Of a stretch of 64,000 bases of DNA, positions 30,247-38,691 are shown piece after piece. The notes under the pieces are model-generated. The model had not been told where the DNA came from, made no database searches, and saw nothing but the letters and a program-made list of their open reading frames with translations. Where the stretch lies: positions 3,008,001-3,072,000 of the forward strand of contig CBDFIJ010000004.1 in assembly GCA_965248055.1 (NCBI GenBank), written 5' to 3'. The first letter of the stretch is position 1. Each line of letters begins with the position of its first letter. Made by a program: the position numbers and the translations under genes. This DNA comes from Candidatus Multivoradales bacterium (lineage in GTDB: Bacteria > Acidobacteriota > Thermoanaerobaculia > Multivoradales > JAHEKO01).

Positions 30247-31800
30247 ATGACCACGACCGTGGCATCGTTGGCGGAAATGCCCTCCTCGAGGACTTCGGAG
30301 TTGGTCGACCAACGCGCCGATTGGATTGAAGTGCGCGCGGACCTGTTGGACGCAGGTGCAGTTGGAGAGTTGGTCGAGCGTTTTGCTCGTCGGGTGATCT
30401 ACACCTTGCGCAGTCACGCTGAAGGCGGGTCTTGGCAGGGCTGTGAAGAAGAACGGTTCGCGAGATTGGCAAAGTTTGCTGCGCAGGGGTGCTTGGTGGA
30501 CCTAGAGATCGAGCGCGACACCGACTCACGGCTGTTGGCACAAGTGCCGGTCGAACAGAGGCTATGGTCGTGGCATGGCGCGTTTGCTGGCGTGCCCGCT
30601 CTGCAAAACCAACTGCAGAAGATGTCTACTGTTGGTGGGCGCATCTACAAGCTGGTGCCAGAGACCTGCTGCCAACAGGATTCAATGGCGGTGTTTTCGT
30701 GGCTGGCTCAGCAGGACCAATCGGTGGCAGCATTTGCCACCGGGGCCGCGGCCACTTGGACAAGGGTATTGGCTTCCCGGTGGGGCAGCGGTTGGATCTA
30801 TTTGAGCGTCGGCAGGCCGACCGCGGTGGGGCAGATTTCGCTCGATCGCTGGTTCAGCGATGGCTACCATCTGACCACCCAACGGCCGACGCAGATTTTC
30901 GGGATTGTCGGCTCGCCAGTGGCACACAGCTTGTCGCCACGCATCCACAACACTGCTTACCGGGAACTGAATCTTGATCTTCTTTATCTGCCGTTTGAGG
31001 TGCCGGACTTTGCAGAGTTTTGGTTGGAAGTGGTGGAGTCCGAACACTGGCAAGAGTTGGGCTGTGACCTAGTCGGATTTTCGGTGACTGCGCCTCACAA
31101 GAGTGTGGCGCTGGCGGTAGCCGGTGCCACCAGCCCGTTGGCACAGTACACCGGGTCGGCCAACACCTTGGTCAAGGACCGTGGGGTTTGGGAGGCCGAA
31201 GTCACTGACCCGGACGGTGTTCGTGTGCCGCTGCAGCAACGGGGGATCGAACTTAGGGGAGCTCGATGCGTGGTGGTTGGCGCCGGGGGAGCCGGACGGG
31301 CTGCGGTGGTGGCCTTGCGGCAGGCGGGAGCGGAAGTGACGGTGGTCAACCGCAGTGCTGACCGCGGCCGAAGAGTGGCCGAACGGTTTCAGGTTCCCTT
31401 TGTGCCCATGGACGAATTCAACACCTGGAATGGTCAGGATGTGGTGGTCTTGATCAACACCACTGCGGTGGGTAAGAACGGCGAACCGCCACCATTCGGA
31501 CTGGCGAGCTTGGCTGAGGGTGGTTGTGTGGTCGACATGGTCTATCGAGAGTCGTTGCCGCACGGGTTGCCGGAGTCGGCTGAGCGATCGCCCACAACGC
31601 GAGAAATGGGTGCTCTAGAGACCGAACTCATCCGACAGGCGCGCGAACGAGGATTCCAGGTAATCAATGGGCGAGAAGTCTTGCTGGCGCAAGCGGTTCT
31701 GCAGTTTCGCATGATGACCGGTCACGATCTGCCGATGGACTCGGCTGGTCGGGCATTGGGGCTGGCATCGGGACTGGCATCGAGACTGGCATCGGTGTAG
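30247..31800 (+). CDS. aroDE: Bifunctional type I 3-dehydroquinate dehydratase / shikimate dehydrogenase
   Basis: N-half: IEVRAD, TLRS.AEGG, DLE, SWH, YKLV. C-half: HSLSPRIHN, SVTAPHK, ANT, GAGGAG, DMVY. Confidence 0.88.
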   Translation: MTTTVASLAEMPSSRTSELVDQRADWIEVRADLLDAGAVGELVERFARRVIYTLRSHAEGGSWQGCEEERFARLAKFAAQGCLVDLEIERDTDSRLLAQVPVEQRLWSWHGAFAGVPALQNQLQKMSTVGGRIYKLVPETCCQQDSMAVFSWLAQQDQSVAAFATGAAATWTRVLASRWGSGWIYLSVGRPTAVGQISLDRWFSDGYHLTTQRPTQIFGIVGSPVAHSLSPRIHNTAYRELNLDLLYLPFEVPDFAEFWLEVVESEHWQELGCDLVGFSVTAPHKSVALAVAGATSPLAQYTGSANTLVKDRGVWEAEVTDPDGVRVPLQQRGIELRGARCVVVGAGGAGRAAVVALRQAGAEVTVVNRSADRGRRVAERFQVPFVPMDEFNTWNGQDVVVLINTTAVGKNGEPPPFGLASLAEGGCVVDMVYRESLPHGLPESAERSPTTREMGALETELIRQARERGFQVINGREVLLAQAVLQFRMMTGHDLPMDSAGRALGLASGLASRLASV

Positions 31801-31802
31801 TC

Positions 31803-32399
31803 ATGTTGCTGCTGATCGACAACTACGATTCATTTACCTTCAACTTAGTGCAGGCTTTTCGCTCCCAGGGGGCCGCTGTTGAAGTGGTGCGCAACGACCA
31901 GATCGAGGTTGCCGAGATCGAGTCGATGAGGCCATCGTCGATCGTCTTGTCTCCCGGGCCAGGAAGACCGGAGGATGCCGGGGTATGCTTGGCTCTAGCG
32001 AAATCCAGTCCTCAGATTCCCATCTTGGGAGTGTGCCTGGGGCACCAGGTGTTGGCGCAAGCGGACGGGGCCTCGGTAGTTTCTGCACCGGAGCCGCGCC
32101 ACGGCAAGACCTCGATGATTAAACATCGTGGACAAGGAATCTTTGTCGATCTCGACTCCCCACTGGAAGCAATGAGATATCACAGCCTAGTGGTTGCTCC
32201 CGAGACCTTGCCGCCGGTCTGGCAGCCGGTCGCTTGGGCCGACGATGACGTGTTGATGGCGATGTGCCACTCCACCAAGCCCTATTGGGGAGTGCAGTTT
32301 CATCCGGAGTCGATCTTGAGCCCGCAGGGGCCACAGCTGCTGGGAAATTTCCTGCGTCTCTACGACAACAATGCCTACCGAGGAGCGAACGCGTCATGA
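31803..32399 (+). CDS. Anthranilate/aminodeoxychorismate synthase glutamine amidotransferase component II (TrpG/PabA)
   Basis: IDNYDSFTFN, SPGPGRP, GVCLGHQ, RYHSL, QFHPES. Confidence 0.95.
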   Translation: MLLLIDNYDSFTFNLVQAFRSQGAAVEVVRNDQIEVAEIESMRPSSIVLSPGPGRPEDAGVCLALAKSSPQIPILGVCLGHQVLAQADGASVVSAPEPRHGKTSMIKHRGQGIFVDLDSPLEAMRYHSLVVAPETLPPVWQPVAWADDDVLMAMCHSTKPYWGVQFHPESILSPQGPQLLGNFLRLYDNNAYRGANAS

Positions 32400-33076
32400 A
32401 CCAACCAACGGAGCCTTGGGAGGTCGGGTCGCTGGCGACCCAGATCCACGGGCGTTATTTAGTTCGACGGGCCGTCGACCAGCAAACAGTGCAGGGAGCA
32501 GTGCCGTCAGCCGTGAAGGGCACCGTGATCGGCTTTCACGGCTATGGCGAGACTGCGGCGTTGCAGTTCCCGGAGCTATCTCGCGTGCCCGGGATCGATC
32601 AGTGGGACCTGATCGCTGTGGACGCCCTGCACCAGTTCTACACCCGTTCGGGTGAAGTGGTTGGCTCTTGGATGACCAGTCGAGATAGAGAGCAGATGAT
32701 TGCCGACAACTTGCAGTACGTCACCCAGGTGGTAGCCCAGGCTGTGCGCACCCGTCCACTGGTTGTCGTCGGTTTTTCTCAAGGGGTGGCGATGGCCTAT
32801 CGTGCGGCCGCACTTCCCGCAGTGGCCGCCGCTGGAGTGGTCGCTTTGGCGGGAGATCTACCTCCGGAAGTGGCGACGCGGTCGCTGGCTGATTTTCCAC
32901 CGGTGCTGATTGCTCGGGGAGATCAGGAAAATTGGTACACCGCTGAGCGCGCGGCAGAAGATGCCGCGACGCTACAAAAGGCCGGTGTCTCGGTATCGAC
33001 CTACGAATTTACTGGCGGACACCAGTGGACCGAGGCCTTTCGCGCCCGTTTGGGCGAATTCCTGGCTTCCTGTTGA
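32396..33076 (+). CDS. Phospholipase/carboxylesterase-type alpha/beta hydrolase
   Basis: FHGYG, GFSQG nucleophile elbow, C-terminal GGH; ATGA overlap with trpG. Confidence 0.85.
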   Translation: MNQPTEPWEVGSLATQIHGRYLVRRAVDQQTVQGAVPSAVKGTVIGFHGYGETAALQFPELSRVPGIDQWDLIAVDALHQFYTRSGEVVGSWMTSRDREQMIADNLQYVTQVVAQAVRTRPLVVVGFSQGVAMAYRAAALPAVAAAGVVALAGDLPPEVATRSLADFPPVLIARGDQENWYTAERAAEDAATLQKAGVSVSTYEFTGGHQWTEAFRARLGEFLASC

Positions 33077-33123
33077 AGGCTGGTTGGCGCCAATTGACGC
33101 CCACCGCCTTCTGACGCGAACGT

Positions 33124-33219
33124 CTACTCCTTACGCAGAATCCGCGTCATGCAGTAGGTGGTCAAGATCACCACCGAGGTCATACTGAAAAGCATAAAGG
33201 CAACGGCGATAGTGGTCAT
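33124..33219 (-). CDS. 31-aa single-TM small protein, putative MetS-like NSS transporter small subunit
   Basis: Manual translation MTTIAVAFMLFSMTSVVILTTYCMTRILRKE*. ATGA overlap with the NSS transporter stop and AGGAG RBS upstream. Confidence 0.75.
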   Translation of the reverse strand: MTTIAVAFMLFSMTSVVILTTYCMTRILRKE

Positions 33220-34775
33220 GACTGATCTCCTCTTAGGTCGCTTGGGTTACGCTTCCACGCGGACCGTACCATCAAAGCGCCGCCAGCGATGAGCGCCATG
33301 AGCGCCAACCTGGCGATCCAGATGTACGGTATTTTTTCTGGATCCTTGTCACTCATCAACAAGGTTGGGATCGCCATCTCCCAGGTCCAGACGGTAAGCA
33401 ACACCAGCAGAAACACCGGTGTCACATACTTCATGATGAAGCGAAACACGTTGGGAATCTGCAGTTCGGCACCGTGATGCAGCTCAGCCCAGGCCTTGTC
33501 CATACCGAATACCCAGGCGAACAACACGATTTCGATCAGTGCGAAGATCACCAGACCGAAGGTCCCTGCCCAGAAATCCCACTCACTCAATGCGCCATAG
33601 TTGAAATGAAAGGCGAGGTACAAACCAATTAAGAAAGCGGCCCCAGAGATCAAATAGGAGGCCTTTTTTCGGCTGAAGTCGAACTCGCTCTCAAGAAATG
33701 CCACCGCCGGGCTAGCTAACGCGACGCACGAGGTCACTCCGGCTATAAAAAGTAGGAAATACCACAAGAATCCTGCCAGTTGACCCAAGAACTCGCCGCC
33801 AGGAAGACCTTGGAAGACCACTCCCATGGCGACGATACCAAGGTCGTATGCGCCGTTCTTAGCAATGGCAGTGGCTCCAGTGACGCCGAAGAAAACCACC
33901 GCTGCAGGAATCGCGATGGTGCCCCCAAGGATGATTTCGGCGAACTCATTGGTGGATGCGGTTGCCAGTCCGGTAAGCGTTATGTCGTCCTTCTTTTTTA
34001 GGTACGAGGAGTAAACGTGGATACTTCCCATGCCCACCGACAGGGTGAAGAACATCTGCCCGGCGGCTGCAAGCCACACCTTGATGCTGCCGAGTTGGCT
34101 GAAATCAGGGTTCCAGATGAAGTTGAGACCGTCGGCGGGGGAAGCCACCGCCGCGGGCAGCGTGAGGACCCGGATCATCAGCGCGAAGGCAAAGATAAAT
34201 AGGATCGGCATGCCGATCAAGGCTAATCTCTCGATTCCCTTGTTGATCCCACGGCCCAAGATCCACCCAAGAAAAAGAATGGTGATCAAGAAGAACACGA
34301 CGGTGGGCGCTCCGGCGTGGTAGCTGGACTCGGTGATGGTTTGGTAGGACGCTAGGTAGGACCGCATCTCGTCGACATCTTTTAAACCGAAGTAGTCGCC
34401 AGTGAGACTGAAGACGCTGAAGGCCAACATCCAGGAAACTACATAGGTGTAGTAGATAAACACCACCAGTGGCATCACCAACCCCATCACGCCAAGATAC
34501 TTAGCCCAGGGCTTGCCACCCGAAAGCAGGTCAAACATGCGGGGGATGGTTCGATAGCCCTTGCGTCCTCCGTAGCGGCCGATGCCCCATTCGACCCACA
34601 TGATCGGAATACCGAGCAATATGAAAGAAATGAAGTACGGGATCATGAACGTCCCGCCACCGTTTTGCGCTGCTTGTACTGGGAATCGAAGGAAATTCCC
34701 CAACCCGACGGCGTTGCCAGCCATTGCCAGCACCAAGCCGATGCGGGTGCCCCACTGATCAGATCCGTTACTCAA
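33216..34775 (-). CDS. NSS (LeuT-like) sodium-dependent transporter
   Basis: AGNAVGLGNFLRFP, NGGGTF, AAGQMFFTLSVG, about 12 TMs. Confidence 0.95.
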   Translation of the reverse strand: MSNGSDQWGTRIGLVLAMAGNAVGLGNFLRFPVQAAQNGGGTFMIPYFISFILLGIPIMWVEWGIGRYGGRKGYRTIPRMFDLLSGGKPWAKYLGVMGLVMPLVVFIYYTYVVSWMLAFSVFSLTGDYFGLKDVDEMRSYLASYQTITESSYHAGAPTVVFFLITILFLGWILGRGINKGIERLALIGMPILFIFAFALMIRVLTLPAAVASPADGLNFIWNPDFSQLGSIKVWLAAAGQMFFTLSVGMGSIHVYSSYLKKKDDITLTGLATASTNEFAEIILGGTIAIPAAVVFFGVTGATAIAKNGAYDLGIVAMGVVFQGLPGGEFLGQLAGFLWYFLLFIAGVTSCVALASPAVAFLESEFDFSRKKASYLISGAAFLIGLYLAFHFNYGALSEWDFWAGTFGLVIFALIEIVLFAWVFGMDKAWAELHHGAELQIPNVFRFIMKYVTPVFLLVLLTVWTWEMAIPTLLMSDKDPEKIPYIWIARLALMALIAGGALMVRSAWKRNPSDLRGDQS

Positions 34776-34889
34776 TTTGGACTCCTCTCAAACACTAGGA
34801 CCAAGATAATAGGTTCCAACCTCGAACCGTCGGTCAGGCTACTGACGGGGTAACCAACTGTCAAATTGTCGAATGTGGGTTGGGTGGTT

Positions 34890-35990
34890 TCACCGAGTGG
34901 CGGACAACAGGGACTCCAAAGACAACACCCCAGTGAGCCGCTCTCCTTCGGTGACAAACAGCGTCCGGGTTCCTTCACGCAGCATCCGACGTACCGCTTC
35001 TTGAGCGTCGCTGCCAGCGTCGATGGTGTTGTGTTCCGACTTGGCAACCACCAAAGAGCCAATCGTCTGCCGAGCCCACTCCTGGCGCGGCAGGCGCCGT
35101 ATGTGTGATCGATCAATCCAGCCCAACAGGCGCTCGCCGTCGACCACCGGAATACGGCCACGACTCTTTAGGCCGCCCGCATCCTCAACAACGCTTTCTA
35201 CCGAAAGCGATCTCGGCAGCGCTGCCTCGGGTTGCTGGGCGTAGTCGCGAACGGCTTTGCCAGCCAGCTCGACCTCGCTGGCGGCATAGATCCACCGTGC
35301 GCTGGCGGCTGAACGCAGTAGCAGTCCAAGAGAGATCGCGAACAAGCCCACGGTCCATCCGCCCAGCAACATCAGCGTGATACCTGCGACCACCGAACTG
35401 GATCCCAGCAGCCGACCACTGCGATGCTCCGCGCGATATGCCGCAGAGGGGTTGCCGGTTCGCGCCCACACCGCGGCGTGCAGCATCCGCCCTCCGTCCA
35501 GCGGCTGAGCGGGCACCAAGTTGGTGAGTCCTAGGAACAGACTGACGGTCGCGGTGATATCGATCGCCACTTGGAGCGGGGCAGACGCCAGCCCGACCAA
35601 CAAGTAGGCGGTGACACAAAGTGCCAAATTGGCTATCGGGCCCGCCAGTGCAACCGTAAACATCGCCTCAGGGTGGGGCAGTGGCTGGTTGGTCTCGGGG
35701 ACCCCACCGAACAGGGTCAAGGTGATCCGTCGTGTGTCAACCCCATACGATTTGGCGACCACAAAATGAGCCAACTCGTGAATTAGAAAACACAGCAGCA
35801 AGCCGCCCAATGTCACGGCGGTTGTCGCCGCCAACAGCAGCGGTCCAACGCCCGGGATCCGGGCCGGCAAAATCGAAGTGGCTAACAGTACCCCGGAAAG
35901 GACGATCAGCAGAACCCATCCAGGTTCCCAGCGAATGCGTGGGATGCCCGCCAAGGCGTCGGTTTCCCATTTCACGGGTGGTTGCTTCAT
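34890..35990 (-). CDS. Site-2 protease (M50) with CBS domains
   Basis: HELAH, AGP, NLVPAQPLDGG, C-terminal CBS pair. Confidence 0.9.
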   Translation of the reverse strand: MKQPPVKWETDALAGIPRIRWEPGWVLLIVLSGVLLATSILPARIPGVGPLLLAATTAVTLGGLLLCFLIHELAHFVVAKSYGVDTRRITLTLFGGVPETNQPLPHPEAMFTVALAGPIANLALCVTAYLLVGLASAPLQVAIDITATVSLFLGLTNLVPAQPLDGGRMLHAAVWARTGNPSAAYRAEHRSGRLLGSSSVVAGITLMLLGGWTVGLFAISLGLLLRSAASARWIYAASEVELAGKAVRDYAQQPEAALPRSLSVESVVEDAGGLKSRGRIPVVDGERLLGWIDRSHIRRLPRQEWARQTIGSLVVAKSEHNTIDAGSDAQEAVRRMLREGTRTLFVTEGERLTGVLSLESLLSATR

Positions 35991-36035
35991 CGATTTGGCA
36001 ATACCGACCTGGTTTGCAGGCTGGGCTGGTTGCCC

Positions 36036-36242
36036 CTAGTTGTCCGGCATTACGACCCAAAGGATCAGATAGACCAGCAGGCCAGGGAAGGCTGCGGAAA
36101 GGATAGAGCCAACGACATACAGAATGCGCACTATCGTAGGGTTCCAGCCCAAGAAGTCTGCGACACCTCCGCACACGCCACCGATCATACGGTGGCTTTT
36201 GGACCTAGTGAAACGTCGGTAAACAGTTGACTGTCCGCTCAT
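36036..36242 (-). CDS. PspC-domain protein
   Basis: RSKSHRMIGGVCGGVADFLGWNPTIVR...YLILWVVMP; RBS GAGGAG. Confidence 0.9.
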   Translation of the reverse strand: MSGQSTVYRRFTRSKSHRMIGGVCGGVADFLGWNPTIVRILYVVGSILSAAFPGLLVYLILWVVMPDN

Positions 36243-36291
36243 GATGACTCCTCAGATAATACGCGATGAACCCATCGCTACGATCCTTACG

Positions 36292-36525
36292 TTACGAATT
36301 GGATCGATGTTGCAGTGGAAACAAATCCAAATGCGTCCACTGCCGACACCACGGTTCAATCTCATGCGCCGAACGCGTCGACGCGCCTTGAGAGAACGCG
36401 TCCAGCTCGTCGGCTCCGGCGCCAGCCTTGCGCAGAGCTTCACGCACCGCACCAATCAACGCCAAAGGATGATGGCTGTGCAGACGTACACGTGCCTGCG
36501 GATAACGTGGCTGATCGGTGGTCAT
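36292..36525 (-). CDS. Hypothetical small protein
   Basis: 77-aa helical ORF, co-oriented with pspC and the M50 gene; preferred over the antisense ORFs. Confidence 0.55.
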   Translation of the reverse strand: MTTDQPRYPQARVRLHSHHPLALIGAVREALRKAGAGADELDAFSQGASTRSAHEIEPWCRQWTHLDLFPLQHRSNS

Positions 36526-36752
36526 CTCTGCTCAGGTCGATGCAAGATCAACGCCTTATTGTTAAGACGGTTGAAGAGTCGTTTCGGTTTCAATCCTGGG
36601 CCGAGAATGCAGAGAGTTTGCTCAGAGTTTCTGCGTGGGTTGAGCCAACTCCTTCGACCGGCGATTGGAAAGCACCTTCGCCAGAGATAACCTAGTGAGG
36701 TCGAGACCGGTTCCCGGCTACAGGCGTCAGAAGCCATGGTCAAGATCGACCT

Positions 36753-37640
36753 TTGACTGCGACCTTAGACAGAGACGATTCATCGAGGAGAAACCAGGTG
36801 TCCAGCGACAGAAGCCCGCTCCAAGCAAGTCCATCCAAGAGCCGTCCGTTCACAGGCCAATGCGCCTTGGTAACCGGGGCTGCGCGCGGCATCGGTGAAG
36901 CCTTAGCCAGCGAGTTGGCCCAACAAGGAGCACGGGTTGCCGTCACCGATCTCGATGTTGCAGAAGCCGCGCGGGTTGCCGCTCGACTCCCAGGGCATGG
37001 ACACATTGCCTACCGGTTGGATGTCACCAACACCGAGCGCATCGAGCAAGTGCGCGCCGAAATTCATCGTGACCTCGGACCGGTCCAAGTTCTGGTCAAC
37101 AATGCCGGGGTGGTGTTTGGCGGGGCGTTCTTGGAGGTGCCATTGGAGCGTCACCGACTGACCTTGCGCGTCAACACCGAAGCAGTGGTGGCGATGACCC
37201 ATGCTTTTTTACCCGATTTGATTGCCTCCGAGCGCGGGCGAATTCTGCAGGTCGCTAGCGCTTCCGGGTTCTTGGGGCTGCCCTTTGGATCCACCTACGC
37301 TGCCAGCAAATGGGCGGTGGTTGGGTTCTCCGAATCGTTGCGCATGGAACTCACGCGTCTCGGTCACTCCCACGTCACGGTCACTGCACTGTGTCCCAGC
37401 TACATCCGCACCGGCCTCTTTGAGGGGGTCAAGCCACCCCGGTTTACCCGTTGGCTGACGCCACAAGCGGTGGCCGCCAAAGCGGTTGATGCCACCGCTC
37501 GTGGACGCCGGCGGGTGCTGATGCCTTGGCTCGCTAAGACCGCTCCATCGATGGTTGGAGCCCCGGCGCCGATCGCCGACGCGATCAGTTCGGTGTTGGG
37601 GGCTGCGGACAGTATGAAGACCTGGCGCGGTCGTCACTAG
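36753..37640 (+). CDS. Short-chain dehydrogenase/reductase
   Basis: TGAARGIG, NNAG, YAASK. Start may be GTG 36798. Confidence 0.92.
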   Translation: MTATLDRDDSSRRNQVSSDRSPLQASPSKSRPFTGQCALVTGAARGIGEALASELAQQGARVAVTDLDVAEAARVAARLPGHGHIAYRLDVTNTERIEQVRAEIHRDLGPVQVLVNNAGVVFGGAFLEVPLERHRLTLRVNTEAVVAMTHAFLPDLIASERGRILQVASASGFLGLPFGSTYAASKWAVVGFSESLRMELTRLGHSHVTVTALCPSYIRTGLFEGVKPPRFTRWLTPQAVAAKAVDATARGRRRVLMPWLAKTAPSMVGAPAPIADAISSVLGAADSMKTWRGRH

Positions 37641-37826
37641 GTCTCTCGACCACTGCTTCTCGACCACTTCTGCCAATATCTCTTCAAGTTTATTGTCACT
37701 GGTGGTATTGTCACCAAGAACAATTCGAGGTGGAGGAAAGGGAGGGTTCGGCTCGAAGGGCCTGAGACGTTGTTAGTAGACGTTGGTTGACCCGAGGAGC
37801 CTTTCACCGCGATAAGGAGACCTTCG

Positions 37827-38501
37827 ATGACCCTCAGAATTAACGACTTGGCCCCCGACTTCACGGCCGATACCACCGCTGGGACCGTTCACTTTCATGA
37901 TTGGATCGGGGACGGTTGGGCGATCTTGTTTTCCCATCCCAAAGATTTCACCCCAGTGTGCACCACCGAGCTAGGGACCCTGGCGGGTATGAGCGACGAA
38001 TTCGCCAGCCGCAACTGCAAGCTCATCGGCCTCAGCATTGACGGGATTAGCGATCACCAAAGGTGGTCCAAGGACATCGAAGAGCTGCACGGCAGTCCGG
38101 TCAATTACCCGCTGATTGGCGATCCAGACCTGACCATTGCCAAGCACTATGGCATGCTGCCGGCCCAAGAAGAGGGAGAAGCCGAGAGTCGCACTGCGGT
38201 CGACAACCAAACGGTTCGTACTTTGTTCTTGATCGGCCCGGACAAGAAAATAAAACTCAACTTGACCTATCCGATGAGCACCGGTCGCAACTTCGACGAA
38301 GTACTGCGGGTTATCGACTCGTGCCAACGCACTGCCAACCAACAGGTGGCGACCCCGGCCAACTGGCAGCCCGGAGACGATGTGGTGATTCTCCCTTCGG
38401 TCTCCGATGAGCAAGCCCGGGAGCGTTACCCTGGCGGCTGGAAACAGCCCAAGCCGTATCTGCGGTTGGTCCCTGACTCGGGCCCCGGTTGCGACTCCTG
38501 A
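37827..38501 (+). CDS. 1-Cys peroxiredoxin (Prx6)
   Basis: FSHPKDFTPVCTTELG, YPMSTGRNFDE, ATPANW. Confidence 0.95.
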   Translation: MTLRINDLAPDFTADTTAGTVHFHDWIGDGWAILFSHPKDFTPVCTTELGTLAGMSDEFASRNCKLIGLSIDGISDHQRWSKDIEELHGSPVNYPLIGDPDLTIAKHYGMLPAQEEGEAESRTAVDNQTVRTLFLIGPDKKIKLNLTYPMSTGRNFDEVLRVIDSCQRTANQQVATPANWQPGDDVVILPSVSDEQARERYPGGWKQPKPYLRLVPDSGPGCDS

Positions 38502-38691
38502 ATCCGACTCCTGCAATCCAACGCTGAAGTCCGATCCAGTCGGTCACAAGACCTGCAGGAGACAGCCAAATCCTGGCTAGATTGCCGCCTCGTTTGAAAT
38601 CACACGTGAAACACCGATTTGGTATCTTGGGGCCCCGCAAGCCCGGTCACTCCGGGCGGAACCTTTAGTTAGAGGAGTCGTATTCAACATC

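Noticed and set aside
36315-36695. 126-aa plus-strand ORF (and 36241-36690)
   Set aside because: Antisense to the 77-aa ORF that fits the minus-strand operon; low-information composition.
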